A stretch of 64,000 nucleotides of DNA from Dehalococcoidia bacterium (GCA_030740155.1 JASLXV010000080.1:45457-109456), one strand, 5' to 3'. Shown: positions 34,227 through 44,337, numbered from the stretch's first letter. Numbers and translations: made by a program. The notes: a model not told the origin generated them from the sequence alone.

Positions 34227-35615
34227 TCAGTAGATGGGGGTATCGGGACCCATGGATTCCAGCCGCGTCTTCACCGCCTGCATGAAGGCACTGGACTCGG
34301 CCCCGTCGTTGATCCGGTGGTCGAATGAAAGACACAGGTTCATCATCGACCGTATGGCGATGGCGTCGTCGCGCACCACCGCGCGTTTCAGGATCGCCTC
34401 GGTGGTCAGAATGCCCGCTTGAGGGTAGTTGATGATCGGCTGGGAGACCACGGACCCGAGGGCCCCGGTGTTGTTCAACGTGAAGGTTCCACCTTGGACA
34501 TCGTCCAGGGTCAGCATCTGCTGGCGAGCCCGATTGGTCAGGTCACGGATCGCCCGGGCCAGCCCGGCCACGCTCAGCCGTTCGGCGTCATGGATCACCG
34601 GCACGATCAAGCCTTGGGGAGCAGCCACCGCGATGCCCACGTTGATCCGCTTCTTCAGGATGATCTTGTCACCGCCCCAGGAAGCATTCAGGCTTGGGTG
34701 CTCCTTCAACGATTCCGCGACCGCCTGGACCACGAACGGGAGGTAGGTCAAGTTCACCCGCTCCCGTTCTTCAAAGTCGTCCCGCACCCGGGTGCGCAGG
34801 GCCACCAGGCCGGTGATGTCAGCCTCCACCGTGCTCCAGGCGTGGGGGATCTGACTCGCGCTGCGGGTCAACGCCTCGGCGATCATCCGGCGCACTGGGG
34901 TCAGGGGGATGTGCTCCTCGTCGGTCCCGGCAGCCGGTTTTGGGGCCGCCTCCGTTGAGGGTGTGGCTGGGGCGGCGGCGGTTGGCGCCGCCGTGACGGG
35001 ACCGGCTTCCAGGTACTTTTGCACGTCGTCCCGGGTGATGCGGCCGCCCAGGCCGGTGCCCTGCAGCCGGGTCAGGTCGACGCCATGCTCTTGGACCAGG
35101 CGGCGGACCGCCGGGGAAAGCCGGGGAGCCCCAGCCGTGGAGGCGGCGCTTTCGGTTGAGGCTTTTGCTGGAGCCTCTGTTGAAGTTTCCGGGAGGACCT
35201 CTTGTGGAACTTCTGGGGAAGCTTCCGGCGCCGGCCCACCGCCGGTGGGGCCCACCGGGCGGACGCCCTTGACCAGGTAACCGGTGGTCCCGGCAAGCTT
35301 CGCCGCGGTGGGTGCCGGGGCCGCCGGCCGCTCCTCCGCCTCATGGCGATGCACCGGGGTGGTCTTCACCGGGATCTCGTTGGTCTCCACTTCGGCGATG
35401 GGGGCCCCCATCGGCAGGGTCTCACCCTCTTGGGCCAGTATCCTCAGCAGCACCCCGCCCACCGGCGAGGGCACCTCCATGGTTACCTTGTCGGTAATCA
35501 CTTCCACCAGCGGCTCGTAGCGCTCGATGGTGTCGCCCGGCTGTTTCAGCCACTGGCCGATGGTACCTTCAATTACCGATTCCCCGACGTGGGGAAGCTC
35601 GATGGTTACTGCCAA
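34227..35615 (-). CDS. 2-oxoacid dehydrogenase E2 dihydrolipoamide acyltransferase
   Basis: Lipoyl domain TDKV, SPAVRRL..GTGLGGRIT subunit-binding domain, FDHRIND. Confidence 0.96.
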   Translation of the reverse strand: MAVTIELPHVGESVIEGTIGQWLKQPGDTIERYEPLVEVITDKVTMEVPSPVGGVLLRILAQEGETLPMGAPIAEVETNEIPVKTTPVHRHEAEERPAAPAPTAAKLAGTTGYLVKGVRPVGPTGGGPAPEASPEVPQEVLPETSTEAPAKASTESAASTAGAPRLSPAVRRLVQEHGVDLTRLQGTGLGGRITRDDVQKYLEAGPVTAAPTAAAPATPSTEAAPKPAAGTDEEHIPLTPVRRMIAEALTRSASQIPHAWSTVEADITGLVALRTRVRDDFEERERVNLTYLPFVVQAVAESLKEHPSLNASWGGDKIILKKRINVGIAVAAPQGLIVPVIHDAERLSVAGLARAIRDLTNRARQQMLTLDDVQGGTFTLNNTGALGSVVSQPIINYPQAGILTTEAILKRAVVRDDAIAIRSMMNLCLSFDHRINDGAESSAFMQAVKTRLESMGPDTPIY

Positions 35616-35631
35616 GAAAACATCCCCCTCA

Positions 35632-36615
35632 TCAGTATGCGGCCAGTTTGCGCAGAGCTTCGGCTATCTTTTCGGTGTTGGGCAGGTAGGCTTCTTCCAG
35701 CGTTTCGGCGAAGGGCATGGTGGGCACATCGGGTCCGCAGAGCCGGGCAATGGGGCCGTCCAGGTGCTCGAAGGCCTCGCCGGCCACCAAGGCTGCCACC
35801 TCGGCACCCACTCCCCCGGTAACGTTGTCCTCATGGACGATGAGCAGCTTGCCGGTCTTCTTGACCGATTCCAACACCGTGTCTTTGTCCAGGGGCTTCA
35901 ACGTCCGCAGGTCGACGACCTCGACGTCGACGCCCTCCGGCGCAACCGTCTCCGCCGCTTCCAGGCAATAGTGGAGCATCAAGCCGTAGGTGACCAGAGT
36001 GACATCACCCCCGGCCCGCTTCACGTCCGCCACTCCGATGGGCAGGGTGTACTCTTCATCCGGGACCTCTCCCCGGACCTGCCGGTATGTCTTCTTGTGC
36101 TCCAGGAAAACCACCGGGCTATTGTCCCGGATCGAGGATTTGAGCAGGCCTTTGGCGTCGTATGGTGTCGCCGGGGCGACCACCTTGAGGCCGGGGGTAT
36201 GGAAGAAGTAGGACTCCACGTTCTGGGAGTGGAACAGGCCGCCGCGGATCCCACCGCCATAGGGAATGCGGACGACCATGGAGGCCAGCACCGCGCCGTT
36301 AGTGCCGTAGCAGACCCGGGCCGCCTCTCCGATGAGTTGATTGACGGCGGGCCACACAAAGTCGGAGAACTGCACCTCGGCCATGGGCCGCAGGCCGCGG
36401 AAGGCGGCGCCCAGCGCGATTCCCATGATGCCGGCCTCGGCCAGCGGGGTGTCCAGCACCCGAGTCTCGCCGAACTCTTCCAAGAGCCCCTGGGTGGCCA
36501 GGAAGACGCCGCCGCGCCGCCCCACGTCCTCACCCAGTACAAAGACCGTCGAGTCGCGCCGCATTTCCTCGCGGATCGCCTCCCGGACCGCCTCGATCAC
36601 GGTTTTGACTGCCAA
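35632..36615 (-). CDS. 2-oxoacid dehydrogenase E1 beta subunit
   Basis: GEDVG, DTPLAE, EVQFSDF, HSQ, DLRTLKPLD. Confidence 0.96.
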   Translation of the reverse strand: MAVKTVIEAVREAIREEMRRDSTVFVLGEDVGRRGGVFLATQGLLEEFGETRVLDTPLAEAGIMGIALGAAFRGLRPMAEVQFSDFVWPAVNQLIGEAARVCYGTNGAVLASMVVRIPYGGGIRGGLFHSQNVESYFFHTPGLKVVAPATPYDAKGLLKSSIRDNSPVVFLEHKKTYRQVRGEVPDEEYTLPIGVADVKRAGGDVTLVTYGLMLHYCLEAAETVAPEGVDVEVVDLRTLKPLDKDTVLESVKKTGKLLIVHEDNVTGGVGAEVAALVAGEAFEHLDGPIARLCGPDVPTMPFAETLEEAYLPNTEKIAEALRKLAAY

Positions 36616-36626
36616 GGTGGCCTCCT

Positions 36627-37685
36627 CTAGGGAGCGTAAACCAGGTCGTGCAGAGTCGAAGCATCGGGGAGGCCGGCCGCCTCTGCAGCGTCGGTGGCTT
36701 CGTTGATGGCTCGGGTCGCCTGGGCTTTGATCTCCTCAACCTTTTTCGGGGTGAGGGCGCCTTCTTCGATCAGAAGGGCCGCCAGGGTTACAACCGGGTC
36801 CCGTTTGCGGGCCAATTCCACTTCATTCGCCGGGCGATACCGGCGGTCGTCGTCGTCGGTGGTGTGGGGCATGAACCGCTCCACCTTGGCCTCCAGCAAC
36901 ACCGGACCATGTTCCCGGGCGTGCTTGATCGCCTCGCGGGTGGCCTCGTAGCATTGGACCAGGTCCATCCCATCCACGGTGACGCCGGCGAAGCCGTATC
37001 CGGCAGCCCGGGCGGATAAATCCTCGACGGCCATTTGGCTGCTCTGCGGCACGGAGATGGCGTAGCGGTTGTTCTCGCAGATGAACACGATGGGCAGGCG
37101 GTGCACTCCGGCGAAGTTCATGGCCTCGTGGGTCTCCCCTTGGCTGGACCCGCCGTCGCCAAAGTAGGACAACACCACGGTGTCGTCGCCGAGCATCTTG
37201 CAGGCCAGGGCGTACCCCGTAGCCTGGGTCAACCCGGCCCCGACCACGTTGGAGATCTGGATAATTTTGTGGGGTAGGTCGGCGCCCTGGAGGGGAAACT
37301 GGCGCGCGCCGCTGTACGGGTCCCCCACGCGGCCCATGAAAGAGAGCATCACCTGAGTCGCCGTAAGGCCGGCGGACATTTTCAAGGCCAGGTCACGGTA
37401 GTAGGGAAACATGAAGCATCGGCCGTCCTTTTCCGTGGCCAGCAAGCTGCCCAGTTGGGCCGCTTCGTGGCCCTGGCAAGAGGCCGCGATGGGCACCTTG
37501 CCCTGGCGGTTCAATGCCCAGATCCGTTCGTCGGTGGTGCGAACCAGCACCATCTTGGTGTAGCAACTCACCAGGTCTTCGATGCTGATGCCCTCGGGCA
37601 GCGCGGCGGACGAATGATCGGCGGCGGCGGCTTTGCCGGGCTGCTTGGCGGGCTTGGGTTTGGTCCGTGGCATCGCATCCCCCAT
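36627..37685 (-). CDS. 2-oxoacid dehydrogenase E1 alpha subunit (branched-chain type)
   Basis: QGHEAAQ, PYYRD, GDGGSSQG..ENNRYAISVP TPP motif, HTTDDDDRRYR. Confidence 0.94.
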   Translation of the reverse strand: MGDAMPRTKPKPAKQPGKAAAADHSSAALPEGISIEDLVSCYTKMVLVRTTDERIWALNRQGKVPIAASCQGHEAAQLGSLLATEKDGRCFMFPYYRDLALKMSAGLTATQVMLSFMGRVGDPYSGARQFPLQGADLPHKIIQISNVVGAGLTQATGYALACKMLGDDTVVLSYFGDGGSSQGETHEAMNFAGVHRLPIVFICENNRYAISVPQSSQMAVEDLSARAAGYGFAGVTVDGMDLVQCYEATREAIKHAREHGPVLLEAKVERFMPHTTDDDDRRYRPANEVELARKRDPVVTLAALLIEEGALTPKKVEEIKAQATRAINEATDAAEAAGLPDASTLHDLVYAP

Positions 37686-38326
37686 GGCTACCTGGAAAAC
37701 AGAAGTGGGGCCGTCCGGGCGCCCCCTTGGCCCAATCCGGCGCGACCAGCCGGTGTGTCCCTTGGCGTACCGGGCCGGTCCCGCGTCAAATGGCGGGTCA
37801 GGTGGCGGCTTAGGCGGCCGGTCCGGGGTGACGGCTTTCCCGGTCTCGTCTTTGGGCTAGCTGCAATTATATATGTCGTTGGCTGCCCCGTAAACCGCGG
37901 CCGGCGGCCGGTCCCCAGCCGGCCGGCATACCCCTCTATCTGGTCAACCGTTGCTCCAAGAAACAAACCTCCCGGAACCCCCGGAAATCTCGTTTTGAAT
38001 TGGCAAAAAAGACCTTGACAGGTCCCTCTTAGGCGTGACTTAGAATCCTGTAGTCGAGTCTCGACCCTGCATCGGGGCTTGGACAAACCTCGAAAAGTCT
38101 TCCCGTTGACCCCGGACAACTCTTAGATTCGGGTGGGCAACGCGGATGGAAACGGCCGGCTCAAAGCCTCTTCGGGCGGTCGATTGCAGGACGGACCACT
38201 GCTCCGGTGGGTTGTTTGACGGGGGGAACCCCCCAACCTAATTTCGATTTCGGGTTGCGCCCATTGTATACTCGCTTGCCTGAAATTTCCGGCCGGAGCC
38301 ACCGCGGACTCGGAGGCCATTGGACG

Positions 38327-39712
38327 ATGAGGGAGCTAACTACTCGGGAGGTGTGGAGGGCGGTGCTGGGAGAGCTGCAGCTACAGCTACCCCGGCCGAC
38401 ATTCGAGACATGGTTGAAACAGACCGTGGGGATTAGCTCAGACGAGCGTTCAATCGTCGTGGAAGTGCCCACCCCCTTCGCCGTGGCTTGGCTGGAGCGC
38501 CGGATGTACCAGTCCATCCAGAAGACGGTCGAGAAGGTCACCAGCCGTCCTCTGGACGTCCAATTCCAGGTGAAGACAGGGGCCGTCGCCCAGTTTGCCG
38601 AACCTCAGATGGCGAGCGGGGATTCAGGGATGCTTACCGAAGATGAGCTGAGACCGTCTTCGCAGATGCCACCCCGCCAGATGCCGGCCCTCTGTCCCAA
38701 ATACACGTTCGATACCTTCGTGGTCGGCGCCTCCAACGGGCTGGCCTACAACGCAGCTCGGGCGGTGGCGGACGCACCCGGCCAAGCTTACAACCCTCTG
38801 TTCATCTACTCCGGCGTTGGGCTGGGCAAGACCCACCTGCTTCACGCCATCGGCCACGCTTGCGCCAGCAAGGGGTTGTCGGTGCTGTACGCGACATCCG
38901 AGCAGTTCACCAACGACTTCATCACCGCCATCCGCAACCGGACCACCGAGGAGTTCCGCAGCCGCTATCGCAGTGTCAAGGTCTTGCTGATGGACGACGT
39001 GCAGTTCCTCAGCGGCAAAGAGCAGACCCACGAGGGCTTCTTCCATACCTTCAACGACCTCCACACATCGGGCAACCAGGTCGTCATCTCCTCCGACCGG
39101 CCGCCCAAGTCCCTGGCCCTGCTGGAGGACCGGCTGCGCTCCCGGTTCGAGTGGGGACTGATCGCCGACATCCAACCTCCCAACCTGGAAACCCGGATGG
39201 CCATCCTGGCCTCAAAGGCCGGCCAGCTTGGAATTTCCGTGGAGGAGAGCATAATCGAACTCATTGCCAAGCGGGTCCAGAAGAACGTCCGGGAGCTGGA
39301 GGGGAGCTTGAACCAATTGGTCGCCCTCTCCCAGTTGATGAGTACCCCCATCACCCTGGAAACGACGGCGCGCGTCTTGGACGATAAGAGTGCCGACTCG
39401 GCCCGCCACGCCATTGACCCGGAGCGGATCATCGACGAGGTCTCCCGCTACTTCAAGCTGGGCCCTCAAGACATCGTCGGCAGGAGCCGGACCCAGAAGA
39501 TTGCCCAGGCCCGGCAGGTGGCCATGTACCTGCTCATCTACGAGTTGGAGTTGTCACCCACCCAAGTTGGACGTTTGCTGGGCGGCCGCGACCACGCCAC
39601 GGTTATCCACGGTGCAGGCAAGATTAACTGCGGGATCAACGAAGACGGTAAGCTGCGGCAGCATGTTCTCATAATCAAAGAGGCCATTTTTACGGTGGCC
39701 GCCAGTCGATAA
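38327..39712 (+). CDS. dnaA: Chromosomal replication initiator DnaA
   Basis: YTFDTFVVG, YNPLFIYSGVGLGKTHL, RLRSRFEWGL, NVRELEG, GGRDHATV. Confidence 0.99.
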   Translation: MRELTTREVWRAVLGELQLQLPRPTFETWLKQTVGISSDERSIVVEVPTPFAVAWLERRMYQSIQKTVEKVTSRPLDVQFQVKTGAVAQFAEPQMASGDSGMLTEDELRPSSQMPPRQMPALCPKYTFDTFVVGASNGLAYNAARAVADAPGQAYNPLFIYSGVGLGKTHLLHAIGHACASKGLSVLYATSEQFTNDFITAIRNRTTEEFRSRYRSVKVLLMDDVQFLSGKEQTHEGFFHTFNDLHTSGNQVVISSDRPPKSLALLEDRLRSRFEWGLIADIQPPNLETRMAILASKAGQLGISVEESIIELIAKRVQKNVRELEGSLNQLVALSQLMSTPITLETTARVLDDKSADSARHAIDPERIIDEVSRYFKLGPQDIVGRSRTQKIAQARQVAMYLLIYELELSPTQVGRLLGGRDHATVIHGAGKINCGINEDGKLRQHVLIIKEAIFTVAASR

Positions 39713-41788
39713 GCCGGCTGGAGATGTGGATAGCGCCGGGTTCTCCGTGGATAACCAGCCCCACTTCGTGGATGACTTCCTTACTAAGGCGTTGGGTTTC
39801 ACTGGCTGAGCCTCTGTTCCTCTCACGGATGGGGCCAACCACCGGCCTAGGTGGAGGCGGGTGTAGAGCCGGAAGGGCAGCTTCAGCGAGGTCTGGTCCA
39901 GCATGAGCCGGACCAATATCTTACGCCGTAGCGGGCGGGCCGCCAGGCAAGCGACGGCGCCAAACCCCGGTATCAAGGACAGCGCCATGACCAGTGGATT
40001 GTGGATGTTGGATCCTCCCGCCGAAACCGGCGCCTTCCGGCCCCGGAGCCGCGCCAGCTGAATCTTTGCCCAAAAAGTCGCCGTCCAGCCCAGCCGTAGC
40101 AGGCTACCCAAGGGGAACCGGAAGATGGCGGTCAGGATCATGTGGGCTCCCAGGTGGCGCAAGGCTCCACCGACCTCAGGCGAAGCCAGGTAGGTGTTTA
40201 GCTCTTTCGCCTCGGACGGGGCCAGCCTCCCTTCGCTGCTCCACCGGTCAATGCCGGCGCTGAGGAACGTCTGGGCGGCCTGCTCTCCGCCTTGCATGGC
40301 ACGGGCCGTGGCCTGGTAGGCGCCCTTCCAGTTGAAAACACGGTACACCAGGCTTGCGATCCTCCCCCAGATCCGCAGTTCCCCGCTCTTCCAGGACCGG
40401 ATCGATGCTTCCAGCTTCTCCGCTGCTTCTCCCAGCTCGGCAACCCCTTGGGCGCCGAGGCTGGCCGTCAAGGCCTCCGAGTTGGCGGCAACATAGCCGT
40501 GCAGCCTGGGGAGGTCCACATCGTCGAAAACGGGGAAGTTGCCTGCCTTCATCACGGAGAGCCGTTGCCCTTTGGGCAGGAACGGCGTGGCCAGGGAAGA
40601 CTCGAGGTCGATGATCTTGTAATCGCCGCCGGCGGTGAGGATAAGGTTGGTGTGGGCGTGTGGGTTGTGAGGGTTCACCTGCCATACCGACAGCCCGGCT
40701 TCGGCGAAGGCCTCGGAAATCTGTCCCGGGAGTTCTTTCGCGGTATCGTCGTTCTCAGCTTCCTTCCCAGCCACATACTGGGTGACGAATTCGAACTTGC
40801 CGTCCTGCTCGTTAACCGCCAGCACCGGCGAAACCATGTCGTTGCCAAACCGGTGTTTGGTAATCAGGCTGGCGACCTTCCGGCGGTATCCCGCGGCCTC
40901 CAGGGCCGCCCGGTTGCCGATGTAGGGGAACTTTGCCTGGAAGGCGAGCCAGTAGATTATCCGGACCACGGCCGGGGGCTTGTAAATCTTGGAGGCCGTC
41001 CCTTGCTTCGGGTTCAGCCAAACCAGGCTGGCGATGGAACTGGCCATCCGGGGGGCTTCGCTATCTTGAATCACCTGATCCGGCGCCTGATCCAGCGTGG
41101 AGGTCCGGGAGGCGACGAATCTCGTGCTCCGGGCGTAGATGTAGGCCGGGGCTAGGATGAGGAGCCAGATCGCGCCCAGCAGATAACCGGCGGCTACGTC
41201 GGTGGGCCGGTGAGACGATTCATGGACCCGGGCCGGGCCGACGAGGATGACCAGGGCGCCAAGAACCACCAGCATCGGAACCAGCAGTTTCATCTCCAGC
41301 CGGTGGTAAACCGCCAGGAAGGCCATGAAACCGAAGAACACCATGCTGCCGAAAACGTGCCCGCTGGGGAAGGAGGGGGCCGTGCTGGCCGGCGCCGCCT
41401 CGGGCCTGCTGCGGTCCACGATTTCTCCCAGAGTGAAATCACCCATTATCGAAACGAAGCCGATCGACATGGCTATTATTGTGAATACCACCGCCCCTCG
41501 GGTCTTCCCCAGGAGCAAGAGGACCGAGACCCCTACGAGCCCGTAGGCCATCCCTGCCTCGGCCCCCGTGAGGGCGGAAACCACCGAGAGCAACCCCGAC
41601 AGACCGGGGATGCTCCAGCCGCTAACCCAGGCCAATACCGCCTGGTCCCGGGGGAGGAGCGCGTCATTGGTGACGTTGACGGTCAACCACGCTAGGAGGG
41701 CAGCCAGGAGGCCAACGGCGCTCATCCAAGCTACTACTCGTGGCCTGATGCTCGTTCTGGTTGAAACTTGTTGCGTCAGCGTAACCAT
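39554..41788 (-). CDS. PAP2-family membrane phosphatase fused to a kinase-like domain; 3' end doubtful
   Basis: DRSRP, SFPSGH, RVHESSHRPTDV PAP2 motifs, then ASKIY, HTNLIL, IIDLES. Confidence 0.75.
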   Translation of the reverse strand: MVTLTQQVSTRTSIRPRVVAWMSAVGLLAALLAWLTVNVTNDALLPRDQAVLAWVSGWSIPGLSGLLSVVSALTGAEAGMAYGLVGVSVLLLLGKTRGAVVFTIIAMSIGFVSIMGDFTLGEIVDRSRPEAAPASTAPSFPSGHVFGSMVFFGFMAFLAVYHRLEMKLLVPMLVVLGALVILVGPARVHESSHRPTDVAAGYLLGAIWLLILAPAYIYARSTRFVASRTSTLDQAPDQVIQDSEAPRMASSIASLVWLNPKQGTASKIYKPPAVVRIIYWLAFQAKFPYIGNRAALEAAGYRRKVASLITKHRFGNDMVSPVLAVNEQDGKFEFVTQYVAGKEAENDDTAKELPGQISEAFAEAGLSVWQVNPHNPHAHTNLILTAGGDYKIIDLESSLATPFLPKGQRLSVMKAGNFPVFDDVDLPRLHGYVAANSEALTASLGAQGVAELGEAAEKLEASIRSWKSGELRIWGRIASLVYRVFNWKGAYQATARAMQGGEQAAQTFLSAGIDRWSSEGRLAPSEAKELNTYLASPEVGGALRHLGAHMILTAIFRFPLGSLLRLGWTATFWAKIQLARLRGRKAPVSAGGSNIHNPLVMALSLIPGFGAVACLAARPLRRKILVRLMLDQTSLKLPFRLYTRLHLGRWLAPSVRGTEAQPVKPNALVRKSSTKWGWLSTENPALSTSPAGLSTGGHRKNGLFDYENMLPQLTVFVDPAVNLACTVDNRGVVAAAQQTSNLGG
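39704..39775. promoter_or_regulatory. DnaA-box array downstream of dnaA (oriC candidate)
   Basis: AGTCGATAA 39704, TGTGGATAG 39725, CGTGGATAA 39746, CGTGGATGA 39767, exactly 21 bp apart. Confidence 0.7.
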
Positions 41789-42050
41789 TTCACTTGCTCC
41801 CTGCCCGGTGTCTGGGATCTACGATCTCATTGGTGGAACGTTGGAACCCACATTATACCTAATACCTATGGTAGGGCAGCTATCCGGCGTTGCCATCGCC
41901 CAGGCCACTGATTCTGGGCGGGACGAGCGGACGAACATTCCGTCGGTCAGTTGGCTGACGTACCCATCGGCCGTTGGTATTAGTCCGGTGCGCCACCTGG
42001 CCTACCCGCGACCGCTTGGGCCGAAGGCGCGGGCGGGTTTTGGGCCGCGG

Positions 42051-42521
42051 CTATACCCCGCCGAAGGCGTCGTAGAACGCTCCCACCAGCACGCCGAAGA
42101 GCAGGTGGAGCATGAAGAAGCCCATGACCGTGGCGCGGGGATAATTCATGGCAAACATTCCAGGCGCTTGAACCGCTCCCGACCGGACCCCCAGGTGCAT
42201 TATGGGCATCATTCCCATGCCCATGCCGGCAACCACAGAATGCACGAACCCGAACAGCAACCCCCACGCGGCCAATGAGGACTCCAAGTCGAAGGCCTGG
42301 TAGATGCCTACATGGGCGAAAGCGAAGGCAACGCTCATGACGGCGTGGATCATTGCTCCGGCCCCGTAGACCATGACCTTTTCCCGGAACATCATCGTGC
42401 CGAGAAGATTGAAGATGTTCATCTTCATCTGGTTCGGCATCATGGCGATGCCCATGTAGAGGACCGCGGCCATGATAGAGCCACTCAGCGCACCCGCTCC
42501 GATCGTTGCTGGAATATCCAT
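42051..42521 (-). CDS. Met/His-rich four-TM membrane protein
   Basis: MDIPATIG start after GGAGG; four hydrophobic helices with intramembrane His residues. Confidence 0.8.
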   Translation of the reverse strand: MDIPATIGAGALSGSIMAAVLYMGIAMMPNQMKMNIFNLLGTMMFREKVMVYGAGAMIHAVMSVAFAFAHVGIYQAFDLESSLAAWGLLFGFVHSVVAGMGMGMMPIMHLGVRSGAVQAPGMFAMNYPRATVMGFFMLHLLFGVLVGAFYDAFGGV

Positions 42522-42660
42522 GTTTCCTCCCTGTCCAACGTTATGCGTACTTTCTCCACGGTTAGATGCCGCCAGATGAGAGGGTGATGCGACGGGCCGC
42601 GTTGGAGCTTGCGCCGCGACCTTCTCGGCCAAGGGCCACGGATAGCAATTCTGTCGTACA

Positions 42661-43152
42661 ATGATGGAACGAGTGGACGTTTCGATGCTAATCAAGCGGT
42701 CCGTGGCGCTGGCGGTGGCCCAGCCGGGCGAGCCCCGGAAAGTCCTGCTGGTGTGCCGCCCCGAGGACGACGAAGAGCTGCCCGGCATGTTGGGCCTGCC
42801 CGCCGCGTCATGCCGCACCGGCGAGTCCCACGAGGCGGCGGCCCGGCGGATCGGGCCGCAAAAGCTCGGCACGGGGATCACTCTGGGAGAGCGCCTGGCC
42901 ACCGGCACCCAGGTCCGGGCCGGCTACACCCTGGAGATGTCCCTCTACTCGGCGACGCTGAACCAAGCCGCGCCCAGTTTGCGCTCGGGCCGGGGAACGA
43001 GCCAGGCAGTTACCCGGTATGTGGCCTGGCGCTGGGGCGACCCATCGGAGTTGGCGGATTCGGCGCGCCGGGGTTCTCTGTGCTGCCGGCTTCTATTGGA
43101 AACCCTGCCACCGGCCCAGAACGGTCCCGGCGGGCCACCGCTATTCAGGTAA
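42661..43152 (+). CDS. NUDIX-like hydrolase (degenerate Nudix box)
   Basis: VLLVCRP..GLPAASCRTGESHEAAARRIGPQKLG. Confidence 0.65.
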   Translation: MMERVDVSMLIKRSVALAVAQPGEPRKVLLVCRPEDDEELPGMLGLPAASCRTGESHEAAARRIGPQKLGTGITLGERLATGTQVRAGYTLEMSLYSATLNQAAPSLRSGRGTSQAVTRYVAWRWGDPSELADSARRGSLCCRLLLETLPPAQNGPGGPPLFR

Positions 43153-43161
43153 GATAGGCCC

Positions 43162-44337
43162 ATGAAGACCCACGTAATCGTCAAGACCCACGAGTTGGCC
43201 CTGAAAGGCAAGAACCGGCCCTGGTTCATGCGGAAGCTGGTGGACAACCTCCGCAAGGCCACTCAAGGCACCGAGGTCCAAGCCGTGTGGCAGGGCCACA
43301 TGCTGGCCGGTCTTACCCTGGCGGATGAGGCCGCCTGGCCTGCCGTGGCGGAGCGGGTGAAGGACTGCTTCGGCGTCGCCAAGTTCTTCATGGCCTACGA
43401 AGTCCCGCCCAGCCTCGACAGTGTCATGGAGGCGCTGCCTGCTCTGCTGGAGGGCCGCTCCTTCGAGTCCTTCCGCATCACAGCCAACCGGGCCGACAAG
43501 CGGTTCCCGGTCAATTCCGAACAGATCAACCGTGATCTGGGAACCTTTGTCAAAGATCTCTCGGGGGCCAGGGTGGACTTGACCAACCCGGGCCTTGAGA
43601 TATTCCTGGACGTGCAGCCCAAGGGGATCCTCCTCTATTTCCACGCGGTGGCCGGCTACGGGGGGCTGCCGGTGGGCGTCAGCGGCGACGTGATGACGAT
43701 GCTCTCCGGCGGCATCGACTCCCCGGTCGCCGCCTGGCAAATGATGAAACGAGGATGCCGGGCCCACTTTGTCCACTTCCACAGCTACCCTCTGGTGGAT
43801 ATGTCGTCGATGGAAAAGGTGGATGAGCTGGTGCAACTCCTGACCCGGCACCAGTACGGTTCCAGCCTCTTCCTGGTTCCTTTGGCGGAGATTCAGAAGC
43901 AGATCATCGTGGCCACGCCCCCGGCCTACCGGGTGATAATGTATCGTAGGTTCATGGTGCGGATCGCCGAGGCCCTGGCCCTTCGCCACGGAGCCAAGGC
44001 GATCGTGACAGGGGAAAGCTGCGGCCAGGTCAGCTCGCAGACCCTGGACAATATCGGGGTAATCGACCGGGCGGTCGAGATGACCATCCTGCGCCCGTTA
44101 GTGGGGTTCAACAAAGAGGAGATCGTCACCGTCGCCCGCGGCATCGGGACGTTCCCCATTTCAATCCAGCCGGACCAGGATTGCTGCAGCCTATTCGTGC
44201 CCAAGCACCCGGAGACCCGCGCCAAGCTGGAGAACGTGTGCCGGCTGGAAGGCCCTCTGGCGGTGGATGACCTGGTGCAAGACGCCCTGGCGAGGACCGA
44301 GAGGAAGGAGTTCACCGCCTTCGAGATAGCCGGGTAG
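43162..44337 (+). CDS. thiI: tRNA 4-thiouridine(8) synthase ThiI, without rhodanese domain
   Basis: ELALKGKNR, THUMP domain, LSGGIDSPVA PP-loop, GQVSSQTL, QDCCSLF. Confidence 0.96.
   Translation: MKTHVIVKTHELALKGKNRPWFMRKLVDNLRKATQGTEVQAVWQGHMLAGLTLADEAAWPAVAERVKDCFGVAKFFMAYEVPPSLDSVMEALPALLEGRSFESFRITANRADKRFPVNSEQINRDLGTFVKDLSGARVDLTNPGLEIFLDVQPKGILLYFHAVAGYGGLPVGVSGDVMTMLSGGIDSPVAAWQMMKRGCRAHFVHFHSYPLVDMSSMEKVDELVQLLTRHQYGSSLFLVPLAEIQKQIIVATPPAYRVIMYRRFMVRIAEALALRHGAKAIVTGESCGQVSSQTLDNIGVIDRAVEMTILRPLVGFNKEEIVTVARGIGTFPISIQPDQDCCSLFVPKHPETRAKLENVCRLEGPLAVDDLVQDALARTERKEFTAFEIAG

Noticed and set aside
38015..38046. dnaA promoter TTGACA...TAGAAT
   Set aside because: Spacer is 20 bp, too long to call
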